63,979 bases of DNA, filler included, from Neoconidiobolus thromboides FSU 785 (GCA_025603075.1; 14 parts of 14 records of this genome joined end to end with filler, not necessarily neighbours in it); one strand, 5' to 3'; counted from the first letter of the whole stretch, positions 14,515 to 28,576 are shown. The notes: generated by a model from the sequence alone, not told the origin. Numbers and translations: made by a program.

Positions 14515-14613
14515 AGGGATGTATTTTTTTGCTTAATAATTTTAATAATAATCCCTCCGCTCGAATAGCGTTTAAAAAATGGAAAAAGCTATGGAACCAA
14601 AAAATACACCCCC
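14515..14613 (+). mobile_element. ~98-bp MITE, first of an inverted doublet
   Basis: ATGT left flank; shares ATAT 14614-14617 with the next copy. Confidence 0.85.
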
Positions 14614-14617
14614 ATAT

Positions 14618-14715
14618 GGAGATGTTTTTTTTGATTTCATTATTTTTCCATTTCCTAAGCGCTATTTGAGTGGAAAAGTTGTTAGTAAAATTCTCAAATA
14701 CAAAAACATATCCCC
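14618..14715 (-). mobile_element. ~98-bp MITE, second of the inverted doublet
   Basis: ATAT/ATAT TSD; read through without a stop by ORF 14579-15304. Confidence 0.88.
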
Positions 14716-15601
14716 ATATGCAGGAAATTGTTTAGTTGATTTAATCTCTACAGAGCTTTTATTTAAAAAGTTTACAAAAATTAATATATGGGCAGATACA
14801 GAAAATCATGTTGGATCCCAAGAGTTCCTATATTATATGCTTAAAGAAATTTATAAGATAAAGAGTAGTTTAAATATTGATCTTAATTTTTTTGCTGAGT
14901 ATCATGGAAAAAGTATAGTTGATGGACATTTCGGAAACCTTTCAAGATGGAAAAGCAGTTTTGAAGTATTAGGTAAAATAAAAAATATCAATCAACTAAT
15001 TTCAAGATTTGAGGCTTTTATTTGTGAACGTAATAAAATTAATAACTCGACTGTTGATAATGGGAAAACAGATATAATTTTTAAAAAGTATGAAAGAAAC
15101 AAAAATACAAAAAGAATAATAGAGATGCAAGGCATTAAGAAGTATTTGCACATTATTAAACATAGCAATAAACTACATTGTTATTCAGTATCTGATACAT
15201 CAAAAAAAAGCGATATAGTTCGAATTAGAGTTATAAAGTTTTATAAGGATATGTATTTAAGATCTAGTAGAAATTCCTCTAACTTGCAGTATAAACTACA
15301 ATAGAATGATTTATAACTGTGTTTGAGTACTTTTATTTTATAGGATTTTAAGTAAAGTTTTTAAAATACAAAATTTTTCAAAAATGGGATAAAATAATGA
15401 AACTAATTTAGACAACCTCTTATGTTTTAGCCAAAACTTAAATAGCTATTTTTGGTATTCTTTATTATAAAATTAAACACTAAAAGATTTTTATTTTATT
15501 AAATCTGGATTTTATACATGTTTTTTATAATCAAATTATCTTATATTAAATAAGAAGCTATCTATTCTTATAAATAACTAAAAAAATAAATAATACTATA
15601 T

Positions 15602-15699
15602 GGGAGTGTTTTTTTTGATTTTATTATTTTTCCATTTTTTAAGCGCTATTTGAGTGGAAAATTTATTAGTAAAGTTCTTAAGCACAAAAATACATCCCC
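15602..15699 (-). mobile_element. ~98-bp MITE
   Basis: ATAT/ATAT TSD. Confidence 0.88.
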
Positions 15700-16551
15700 A
15701 TATAAGAATGCTTCTTTTAGGCTTATCATTTTTGTCATTCTTTAAATACTATTTAAATAAAAAATTGTTAGTAAAATCTCTGAGCAAAAACTATATTTTT
15801 ATATAAATAAGTAATAAAAATTATTACTTTAAATTAAAATGCTAAAATCAAGCTTTAAAAAACTAAATAAAATAATAGTTTATTACGAATTAACTTTTAT
15901 TAATTTATAGTAAGATTAAAAACTTATTAAATTTATTGCACTTTTTTTGAATCTATTATAAAAGTTATAATTTGAACTTTGCCAAAGCCAACTTAAAACT
16001 GAAAAATGAAACAAATTTAGAATATAAAATTGCAAATAAAATTTAAATTCAAATAACTTAAAAATAAAATGTTTAAATTAGAAACTAAGCAATCTAAAAT
16101 TAAAAATTATAGTAAAATCAAAAAGTACTAATTAATCTAAAACCTAAAGTTGTCAAATAAAATTATTTAATCAAAATAAAAATCAAAAAATTAAATAAAA
16201 AACATTTACTATAAAAATTAATAAAATTAATATTAAAATTAGATAAAGTTAATAAAAGTAATAAATACAGTATTAAAGATTAGCTTATAATTATCATATC
16301 ATCAAAAATAGCCCAAAATAAAAAAAAAAAATAAAAACAACTTTAAAATATAAAAATAGTGTTAATTTTAAAATCTTTCTGTGATGATTGTTGGGTATTG
16401 TTTTTATAATGAATATTCAAGTCATTTTATTAATAATTTTGTAATAACAAGTTTTGTAATTTATAAGATTTTTAACTAGGATTAAAAATTAAAAATCAAA
16501 AATCAAAAATTAAAAATCAAAAATTAAAAATAGAAAATTAGAATTAAAAAA

Positions 16552-17011
16552 TGCGAAATATCGCTTTGTTAGATCCATGATTAGTTATAAAATAGTAATT
16601 ACTTGAACTGTTGTGTTCTCGAGTTTAGAGACAATCAATCCATGGTCTTATTTTAATTTGGTATGAGAATTTCTATCTTCATTCCAAAGAATATTATGGT
16701 CTCGTTTTGATATCTATACTTATCGGAGTATAAAAGAGATTGTTCAACATGACAACTTGAGGTTTTTCAATTGAATTATTCCGTAATGTCGTGGGTTTAA
16801 TAAATGGACTAGATCTTTCTGATAATATTTTAGATATATTTTACAGTAGTATTATCTGTGCTATTTGTTTTAGATAGACTATAGCATATTATGTGGTATT
16901 TTTCATAATTCAAGTCTATCTTAGTTAGATAAAGTAAGACGTTTCGACTTACGACTGGTCAATTAAGCAAAAGTTGCTTTTAAGTTCAACCAGTGAGTAC
17001 CAGATTTCAGA
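16552..17011 (-). mobile_element. Full, diverged copy of the TG...CA repeat
   Basis: TGCGAAATATCGCTTTG...GAGTACCAGATTTCAGA. Confidence 0.8.
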
Positions 17012-17161
17012 TAGTTTTATAGTAATAAATGTGTTAAGTTATAGAACTTTTCAACTAATGGTACAAAATGAATATAAAATTTGATATATATAATATTAAT
17101 AAATCAAAATTTTAATAATAAGTATAGTGTATTTGAGTTAAATTATATAGATATTATATAT

Positions 17162-17260
17162 GGGGATGTATTTTTTTGTTTAAGAATTTTAGTAACAATG
17201 TTTCTGTTCAAATAGGGCTTAAAAAGTGGGAAAGTAATGAAAGCAAAAAAAAAGATCCTC
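17162..17260 (+). mobile_element. ~98-bp MITE
   Basis: ATAT/ATAT TSD. Confidence 0.85.
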
Positions 17261-17480
17261 ATATATAATTTTGAGTGTTTTGTTTGGATATTTGGAAAAT
17301 TATTAAAAATATAAAACTTTTTAACAATGTTTTTTCAAGATATTTTTTGAGTAATTTTTAGAATTAGGGATAAATAAAATTAATGAGTATTTAAGACTGA
17401 AGACTGGATTATAATCATAATAGGAGCAAAAGTAGATTAAAATAGTCAAAACAGAATAAGAATAGTTAAAATACAAAAAG

Positions 17481-17564
17481 AATATTAGAAAAGTGATAAA
17501 TATTAGAAAAGTGATAAATATTAGAAAAGTGATAAATATTAGAAAAGTGATAAATATTAGAAAA
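17481..17564 (+). repeat. 18-bp tandem minisatellite (AATATTAGAAAAGTGATA) x4.7 running into the contig end
   Basis: Perfect units at 17481, 17499, 17517 and 17535; partial unit at 17553. Confidence 0.95.
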
Positions 17565-17880
17565 NNNNNNNNNNNNNNNNNNNNNNNNNNNNNNNNNNNN
17601 NNNNNNNNTTAATTAATTAANNNNNNNNNNNNNNNNNNNNNNNNNNNNNNNNNNNNNNNNNNNNTATAGATATCAAGACAAGAGGATAATATTCTTTGAG
17701 ATGAAGATAGAAATTCTCATAGCAAATCAAAATAAGAGCATGGGATTAATTGTCTCTGAACTTGAAAGCACAATAACTTAAGTGATTATTATGCTATACT
17801 CAATCATGGAGCTGATAAAGTGATGTTTCACATTTCGAATAACTTTTTTTAACTGTATATTGGTGATATATATTATATAA

Positions 17881-17974
17881 GGGGATGTCTTTTTCGGTTT
17901 CATTACTTTTCCATTTTTTAAGCACTATTTGAGAAAGATTGTTAGTAAAATTCTTAAACAAAAAAATACATCCC
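17881..17974 (-). mobile_element. ~98-bp MITE
   Basis: GGGGATGT...ACATCCC; flanks imperfect. Confidence 0.8.
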
Positions 17975-18448
17975 TATAAGTTGTTTTTTTACATTTTTAA
18001 AAAATAGTAATTTAGCTACTGCTTTATCTTCCAACTCATTAAGATATTTACTATATCTATTTTTTTAAATAGATATTATATAACAATTTTAAATTGGTTA
18101 TTTTTAGTTTTTTTTATATTTCTAATAATTGATAATAATATTATTTACTGGTTTTTGTTTCTTGTTTTCTTTAAAGCACTAATTTTATTATAAGGTTTAA
18201 TAAGGTTTGGGTTATTATAAACAGTTGTTAAAATCAATGTAAATGAACTACAATGTTTATATAATGTGCTTTTTCCTATCATTAAAATTTTTAATTCTAT
18301 TTTGAAGTTTGATTATAAAAGCTTCCATTTTTATTTGATTTTAAGCTTTTTAAATCTAACTGATCATATATTAAGGACTTACAAATTCTAAGTTTTTAAA
18401 TTTGAACTGATTTTTGACTAAATTCTGAAACCAATTCCAACATCCCCC
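17975..18448 (-). mobile_element. Internally deleted left-end copy of the Sola-like element
   Basis: Minus strand starts GGGGGATGTTGGAATTGGTTTCAGAATTTA, then matches 13260-13550 (AAACTTCAAAAT...AAAATTAGTGCTTT...) and 14060-14075 (AAAGCAGTAGCTA). Confidence 0.7.
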
Positions 18449-18521
18449 AAATGAATAGTGCTGAGATAAAAAGCATACAATTTAAGTTATTTTAAAAACT
18501 AACTCTTTATTTCAGAATTAT

Positions 18522-20604
<2,083 letters not shown>

Positions 20605-21766
20605 CTTTTAGTATTGAGTTAAAAATGATACCCTTAAAAATAGCCACTTTTAACTTTTTAGATCCATAAGTTCGAAACTTTAAAAAGTGAAATTTGACCA
20701 ATTAAACTAAATCATATGATGTTGAGTCGAAAATAATAGCTAATTAAACTTAATTAGACCAATCATTTTTATGATCACTAAACTAACCAAACTATTGCTT
20801 TCACGTCATTAAAATAAATGCTAAGAATTCAAATTTAAATTATTATAGATTATAAATTATATTTCAAATAATATATTTTATAAAAAGCGCAAACATACTA
20901 TACTTATAAATTCTATGTTATTAATGTATAGAGTATAAATTATTGGAAGGGAATAATCTACGAGCAACTAAGGCTAAATCTAAAGAGTATCAAAATATTT
21001 ATTTAATAAAGCCAACGTTAATGGTGTTTTCAATTAAAAAACTAACTAGTGAATAAAAAGTGTGTAAAAAACAATATAAAATTAAGACAAGGAAATTAAA
21101 TAAGACGAATATTATAGTCTATATAATATAAATAATTCAATCTTTAATCATATGAATATTTTTTTTCTTTTGAAACTAAATATATAAACTATTTTGATAA
21201 ACTGATATACTATTATCAAAAACATATCATTAAGTAAAAATAAAAGCCCTAAAAAAGCCATCAGTTTTATATAAAAGGAATACTTCCTTTAGAGGGGAGT
21301 ACAGTGAATGTTTTATTGGCAAGATTATATGAATATAATTTTTGTCATTTATGCCTAGCTAGTAATAATATAATATTCTCTAGTTTATCCACTTTCTAAA
21401 CGTGAGTTTTATATTAAGTGGAGTTAATAATGAAATAAAAAACGAATTGATGGAAAAAAGTCAAAAAATAATTTATTCAGTTATGTATATTGATATCCTA
21501 ATAAAGATATCAGTTTATTTCAAGATTCTTCTAATTATCTAAAAAACAGTTATTTTAATAAACTATTGTGGAATCTGGTACTCAGTGATTGGATTCAAAA
21601 ACAGTCATTGTCTAGTTGACTACACTGTAAGTTGAAAGGTCTTAGTTTATGTGATTAAGATAGACTNNNNNNNNNNNNNNNNNNNNNNNNNNNNNNNNNN
21701 NNNNNNNNNNTTAATTAATTAANNNNNNNNNNNNNNNNNNNNNNNNNNNNNNNNNNNNNNNNNNNN

Positions 21767-21861
21767 AGTATTAGTTTTTATAATTAATTGTTATAAATTG
21801 TTATAATCTTTAAAGGTATGTTTTTGAGCCTTTTTATATCCTTTGATGTTAGGCTTAAGTT
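21767..21861 (+). repeat. 95-bp inverted repeat arm; its partner at 23446-23540 bounds the other contig end
   Basis: AGTATTAGTTTTTATAATT...GGCTTAAGTT is the exact reverse complement of AACTTAAGCC...AAAACTAATACT. Confidence 0.95.
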
Positions 21862-23640
21862 CTGAAAGCGTTTAATTACTCCTTAAATTCAATTTTTAGT
21901 ATGCTTTGAATTATGCTACTTATATTTCAGTTTTTTAGTTAAAACTGTGTGTGTAGCTATAGTATTGAAAGAATATATTATAAAATTAACTATATTCGAC
22001 TTGGAGGGGTATATTGGATATAAGCCATATATAACTATGGTGTGTGGTATTTGTATTAATAGTTGGTATGCATCAAAATTATCACGAAAAACAGTATAGC
22101 TTGAATATAAAAAATAGTATATTCTAACAAGTTTGATAATAATATTTAGTCAATTTAAATTAACAAACAAAACACTAAAATAACAATGTGTATGTGAAAT
22201 ATGCTTATTTGTTGGTAGTTTTTTGAATACTATAAAATATACAATAGTATAGATACATGTGACAAAACAAAAGTTAAGATATTTATAACTAAATAGCTGA
22301 AATAAAAGTAGGGGGAAAGATTTTATCATTTAGTCTTTATATAAAACTAAATAATTAAGATTAAACAGCTAAAAATGGATTACTACATCAAAATTTTATA
22401 TTCAAAATTTTATTGTTTTAGCTGTTAATTTAATAATCAATTTCACTTATCCCTATTAAATTAAATTTTACACACTTTTTACCTCAAATCCAGATTTTCA
22501 TAATTTTCTAAATATAATAAAATTTACCTTAATCTATAGTCTAGTCTTAAATACAAGTGCAATATATTATATTTATGCACATGTTTTTCGTTAGTTTATT
22601 TTATAAATAATATTTAATCAATTCTATATAATTTAATCTATTATAAAAATATAGAGTGGAGAAACTATTTAACAATAAAATAACAAACTCAATATTTAAT
22701 AAAATATCTAAAATTGCTTATCATCACTTAGATTATTCTTTGAACTTATTAAACATATTCCTGCCCCAATAATTTAAATTATTAATTGCCAAATATTATG
22801 TTTTATCAGATAATAAATATTTGTTTAGAAGTATTAATTTTACAAATTAGAGTGCTTAAAATATTAAATGCTTTTCACCCCTTTACTTCAAAATTAAAAA
22901 TTTGTAATCACACAGCTGCTTAAAACCATTTAAAGAAATTTTAAAATCTCATCTAACAAAACTCTTACTAATTCTGCATAATTATATAATAATTTTAGTT
23001 TAATTTATTCAGTGACAAAATGTTTCAACTAATTTTATGTTATTTATTTTGTGTTATAAGCCGAAGTAAAAATATATTCTTCACAACAAAAAATATATTA
23101 ATACTCTTTTTATATATTAATAATCAAAACAACACAAATAATTAAACGTCCCACAACCACAACTTGACTTTATAATTAATAGAACCTCAATGTTTGATTT
23201 AAAAACCAAAATTGGAATTGAAAACAAAACGTTTTTGACTAAATTTTCTCCACCCGATCAAAGCACCTTAATTCTAGAAAATAAAGTAGGGTGTTAAAAA
23301 AGCATAGCATGCTTGAAACTATAGAAAACAATAATTATAGTTAGCTAGTCTTAGCTAAAAAATCAAATTGATTAGCAATTGACTTGAAGATGGGGATAAT
23401 AAAGACCCCTTAAATGAAGCATTATACTCAATACTCAAAAACTAAAACTTAAGCCTAACATCAAAGGATATAAAAAGGCTCAAAAACATACCTTTAAAGA
23501 TTATAACAATTTATAACAATTAATTATAAAAACTAATACTNNNNNNNNNNNNNNNNNNNNNNNNNNNNNNNNNNNNNNNNNNNNTTAATTAATTAANNNN
23601 NNNNNNNNNNNNNNNNNNNNNNNNNNNNNNNNNNNNNNNN

Positions 23641-24573
23641 GTTCTACCAGTTTTTGGAATAGCTTTAACTAAAGAAGACTTACCATTAAACTTCACTAGC
23701 TCAAACCTAGTAAAACTTGGCTTTCCATCTGGGTGCACCATATATAACCCAAGTTTAGGATCTAATACTTTAATAGGTTGATCGCATTCCACAAATTCTG
23801 GAAACTTTCCATCAACTCGACAAAAATACTCCTTACTCACTTTATTTAACTTCATTTCACTTTCTATTTTTTTAGCTATAACTTCATTTAGTCCTATAAT
23901 AACAATACCACTAGTTAATCTATCTAACCTATTACTTAGATATAATTTTGTTAGCTTTTTTCTGTGCTTTATCATTTCTATTAATGTATTATGGCTGTAT
24001 CTTCCACTTGGATGTACTGGTAAACTACTTGGTTTGTTTACTATTAACAACTCTCTATCCTCATAAATATACTCGATTTCTGGGAATCTATTCACAGGAA
24101 GTTCATGTCGATGTATTAAATGTTGTATTCTATCCATACTCTTTATTTTGTATTCTGAACTGACTTGACATCCATTTACTCTTATTCGTCCTTCTAAAAT
24201 AGCCAACTCCTTAATATTTTGTTAATTTAACACAATAAATGAAAATATGCTTTAAAATATTACATAGTACTCTGTACTTTGGTCTTGGAATTCCGTTGTA
24301 AATACATGGTATATACTTTTATTCATCCATCTACCTTTGGCGTAGCATTGATATATAAAAAAATAAGGATCTATTCGGATTAGATCTAACAGAATGAGTA
24401 AGTTGTGAAATTATGTACTTCAATAATCTTTGTTTACCATCTTCATAAATATATTTTGGCCCTGATGTTTTTGCTTTAAACCAATAATCAAAATCAAAAC
24501 CATTGCTTATTTTCATTCGTTTGATCTCTTGCTCTTCACCTTTCATTATTTCGCTGTCGCCTCTTGTTGACAT
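23641..24573 (-). CDS. RluA-family (Rib2/Pus9-like) pseudouridine synthase, copy A, 3' end cut by contig end
   Basis: Two introns; DPYFFIYQCYAKGRW, VNKPSSLPVHPSGRY, NRLDRLTSG (catalytic Asp) and PKTGR. Confidence 0.85.
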
Positions 24574-24760
24574 TTTTTAAAATATAGTTTAAAGTAGTAA
24601 AAAGATTTTGTTGTTAATTAGGGGATTTGAGTTTGCATTGAGTTCAAAAAATGCTTAAATTTAATAAGCCTGTGCTTGACCAAACGGATTTTGTTTTAAA
24701 GCTACAAGATGGCTGGGAGTTTTATACACGTTTTCGAGCAATTCCAAACCAAATAAATAT

Positions 24761-24855
24761 GGGAGATGTATTCTTTTAAGAATTTTATTAACAATCTTTT
24801 TGCTCAAATAGCGCTTAAAAAATGGAAAAAGTAATGAAACCAAAAAAGCATCCCC
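24761..24855 (+). mobile_element. ~98-bp MITE
   Basis: ATAT/ATAT TSD. Confidence 0.85.
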
Positions 24856-25060
24856 ATATAGTAGAAAAATCCATTCAAATTTAAGCTTCATAATGATAAA
24901 AATTAATTTAATTATGATTTTATATTTTGTATCATTAAAATATTTAATGATGATACTTTAAAAAAAATAAGGATATATAAAAAAGTCAGAATAGGCATCT
25001 TAATTACATAATATTCCATTAATCTTATTTAATATTGTTTTTAAGATATTTGCCATATAC

Positions 25061-25524
25061 TGTGAAATATCGCTTTATCAGTCCCATGGTTAATTATAGC
25101 ATAACAATCGCCTAAGCTGTTATGTTCTCGAGTTCAGAGAAAATCAATCCCACGCTCTTAGTTTGATTTGCTACGAGAATTTTAGCTCCATCCCAAAGAA
25201 TGTTATCTTCTCATTTTGATATTTGTACTTGTCAGAGCATAAAAGAGATTTTAGAGTATAGTAGCTCGAGACTTTTTTACTGAATTACTTCCCTGATATC
25301 TCGTACATTTAATAAAGCCACTGAATTTTCTTAACAGTGTTTTACGTAGATTTTACAGTAGTATTGTCTATTTTATTTGTTTTACATAGTCTGTAGCCTA
25401 TTACGTGCTATTCTTTATAATCCAAGTCTATCTTGATCACATAAACTAAGACCTTTCAACTTATAGTGTAGTCAACCCAGCAATAGCTGTTTTTGACTCC
25501 AAACACTGAGTATCAGATTTCACA
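25061..25524 (-). mobile_element. Full copy of the TG...CA repeat (464 bp)
   Basis: TGTGAAATATCGC...CAGATTTCACA. Confidence 0.82.
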
Positions 25525-25648
25525 TCAGCTTAGTAATTAACCATATTATAGTAATTACTTAAATTATTATAATAACTGTATTTTTATATTTTAGTATTTA
25601 TGCAAAGTAGTTATAATATAAAATCATTGCTATTATATTCTTTTATAT

Positions 25649-25743
25649 GAGGATGTTTTTTTTGGTTTCATCACTTTTTCCATTTTTTGAGCGCTATTTG
25701 AGCGGAAAGATTGTTACTAAAATTTTAAAAAAAATACATCTCC
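25649..25743 (-). mobile_element. ~98-bp MITE; a partial opposite-strand copy follows at ~25777-25858
   Basis: ATAT/ATAT TSD. Confidence 0.85.
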
Positions 25744-26555
25744 ATATAGTTACTTTGATATAAAGTATCAAAAAATTTTGTGTTTAAGAATTTTACTAAC
25801 AATTTTTTTGCTTAAATAGTGCTTAAGATGGAAAAAGTGATGTTAAAAAAATACTCTCAAATTTAAATTTATATACAATTATGTAATATTACCCCCAAAA
25901 AATCAAAATTTGTTATATAAAGTAAAGCTGAAAGGTAAGGTTATTTAGTACATATTAAATCTTATCATATGCTTGATTATTAGAATTTTTATAAGTACTA
26001 AAATTAAATCAAATCTAGCTTTGTACGATATTTTAATAATAGACATAAAATCACAAACATACTTTTTTAGGAAAAAACTTACTATTTTTAAATTTGACTA
26101 ATATTTTACAAAATTTTATTAATTTCATTGCTAAAATAAAATTAGTTAATTAAAAAAAAGGGTTAAATAAATCTAGTAGTACAAAAATTTATTAACTTTA
26201 ACATGTAATAACAATGAAAATTAAGTAGATAACATATAATGTTGAAAATAAATAGATTTATAGTAAACGTGTATCAATATAGATGCTTTACACTTTAAAA
26301 TTAGCTAAAAAAAGAAGTAATAAACTCTCAAAAATTAGAATTAAGAAAATTAGTGAATATAATGGCTTTAACACCAAAACATACAACAAGCGTTCATATA
26401 CACTAAACAATCTTGTTCTTTAGTCTTATCTTATGTTAATAAAGGATCTTAAAATAATTATCTAATTTTTACTTTATTTCACATAGAGCTCCTTTATATA
26501 CTTTTTGTTTTTTATGGCACAACCCTACATAATTGTACACAAGCCCAAATCTACA

Positions 26556-28481
26556 CTAACTGTTTTTTAAATACTCTAATGCTTTAAGCCACATGCAAAC
26601 TTCCATAAACCTCTGATGTAACTTTTCCTTCTCCTCCATTTTTTCAAACAATTTAAACAATATTAATAACTGTTGGTACACAAAGTCCACTTGTTTTAGA
26701 TAAATATTACAAATACCATACATATGCATCCTTTGATATTCTAATATAATAGGTTCTAATTTTAAGAAATTCTCCAATTGTTCTTTTGTAAATATGGATT
26801 TTAAACCATTATCCAAGATAATAATATCTATAATTTTAATTATATTAAAACAAGTCATATTGGTGCTAGTTGAAGTATCATTATTCTTTTGTTTAAAGTA
26901 TTGCATTAATAAGGTACTTAACTCCCTTTCACTATAATTTAGCATTACAGTTAATAATTCTAAACTATTATTTTGTAATTCGGTTCTTTTCTTATTTGGA
27001 TTATCAGCTACCCTTTTGGGCATATCGCCAGCAGAATAGGTAATTTTGTTCACTTTCAGTTTTGATAGTTCATAATCTTCTTTATTTGCCCTTATTTCTT
27101 GGTTATTACTAATATTTTGGATCACAGAAGACCATTTAGATCCTAGTAATTGATTATTATCTGTTGAGAGTGCTTCCGGCTGATTTGCAATACTTTTACT
27201 TTTTTCAATTTCTATGCCTTTATTTGTTTGAATTTCTATACCATTCCTTCTTTCGATTTGTATTTTATTGTTTTTTAAAGTCTCATCCGACCATCTAGAT
27301 TCCACTAGTCCTCTCTTCGTTATAATGAATCCTTTTTTATCATATATTTTATCAACTTCTACATTTCCGTTTCTTATTATTGATGTTGTTTCTAAATGTT
27401 TATTACCTTTTTCTTCACCTATATAAGTTATACATGCATCATTACGATTTAAGCCAATAACTTCCTTGTTCGTTGTCATAGGATCAAAGTGTCCCATTGT
27501 ATGATTATATTGATAATTATCGTTGTTTTGATAATCATTATCATATTGATACATACCACTGTAATTTGAAATTTTGTTCTCATTAAATGATGATAGTGGA
27601 AGCTCAAAATGATTACTAGTATCATAATTGTCATTCGAATCAATAACTTTTTTATTCGGTGGCGGAGAATCAAAATAATCGCCTTGATTACCCGCTTTAA
27701 CTAAATTATCATTTTCTTTTATTGGCGGTGGAGAATCAAAGTAATTTTCTTGATTTATTGTTTCTTGTAGATATTGAGACTATTTAAAAGTAAAATAAAT
27801 CTATGTTAGAACCTACATAACAAATAATTACCTCATTTTTTAACAACAATGAATTATTTTTTATCCCTAATTTAATCAAATACTCCTTTGGCGTTAACCC
27901 TTTAATATCCAAAAAGTTGATATCATGGATCATTGCTTTGGTGCAAAGTAATCTATCATGAGACAATAGAGTAACCAAAGAATTTTGATATACATTGTTT
28001 TTAAAATAGATACAACAATCTAAGATTTTGTCGTCATTAACCTATCAGGTTATTTTTTATAATGATAATTTAATATACTACTTACTGCTTCTTCCTTTAT
28101 TTTTTCTTCCCTTTTCTGTCCCCGGATAACAGGATGACCTTCAAATACATACCTACTTAAATTCTTTATAGAGCTCAATAATTTAAAATAATCTTTTGCG
28201 GCCAATTTTTTTGTCATCTAGGATTGTCAACACATAAAATAATCAATAACAAAAAATAAAACTCACCTTTAAGTGATCCAATTCTTGTAAAACAATAAAA
28301 GGTACAATAACGATTAAGTTATAGTTTTGACCTAGGTTGACTATTTCTTTGAAATAATTCCCATCGTTGATAAAGAAATTCGTATCTATGACTATAACCC
28401 CAGAATCTAATAACCGCTAAAATTGAAATTAACTAGAGTTCTTTATATACATGGTTCTGAGGTGAGCCTTACTTCTTCCAT
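26556..28481 (-). CDS. Swt1-like PIN-domain ribonuclease, about 5 exons
   Basis: Manual splicing gives MEEVRLTSEPYSGVIVIDTNFFIND...VIVPFIVLQELDHLK...IRGQKREE...VNDDKILDCCIYF...VTLLSHDRLLCTKA, continuing in frame into ORF 26556-27554. The DTN, ELD, NDD and LLS.D motifs are the PIN acidic residues. Confidence 0.75.
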
Positions 28482-28576
28482 GTGAATCCTTGTTTTTTGG
28501 ATTTTGTCTTAAGTTAGTTTAATGAGATATTATGCGAATATAAATATTGAGTTTTAAAAATTTAAAAGTGATGTAT

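Larger units (their letters stand above)
13276..15304 (+). pseudogene. Transposase pseudogene (frameshifts plus MITE insertions), covering ORFs 13276-13731, 14323-14568 and 14579-15304
   Basis: Deleting 14515-14719 fuses ORF 14323 in frame to ORF 14579 (GCA TGT GCA GGA; with the TSD read as ATAT this is A-Y-A-G). A 1-nt frameshift lies at LDFKQN near 14340. Confidence 0.75.
13257..15419 (+). mobile_element. Degenerate Sola-like DDE DNA transposon, with right end intact, left end missing and four MITE insertions
   Basis: Joining frames gives RSTFLKYIPSNFKNPARKTDLCN...CIIILD(F)KQN...FDYLSEILNHDSAYAGN...INIWADTENH...FFAEYHGKSIVDGHFGNLSRW. It ends in ...TGAAACTAATTTAGACAACCTC at 15419, matching right ends at 56241 and 63000. 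The Sola assignment rests on remembered family features (4-bp TSD, G-rich termini, HGK..D motif), not a search. Confidence 0.75.

Noticed and set aside
13799-14719. Clustered ~98-bp repeats as a CRISPR array
   Set aside because: Too long, dispersed in both orientations with TIRs and TSDs, no regular spacers, no cas genes, eukaryotic context.
16491-16550. AAAAAT(C/T)-like 7-mer run next to the TG...CA repeat as a polypurine tract
   Set aside because: Simple A-rich tandem repeat, not found beside other copies.
27784-27978. DIKGLTP as an ankyrin repeat
   Set aside because: It is an exon of the PIN-domain gene; no ankyrin periodicity.
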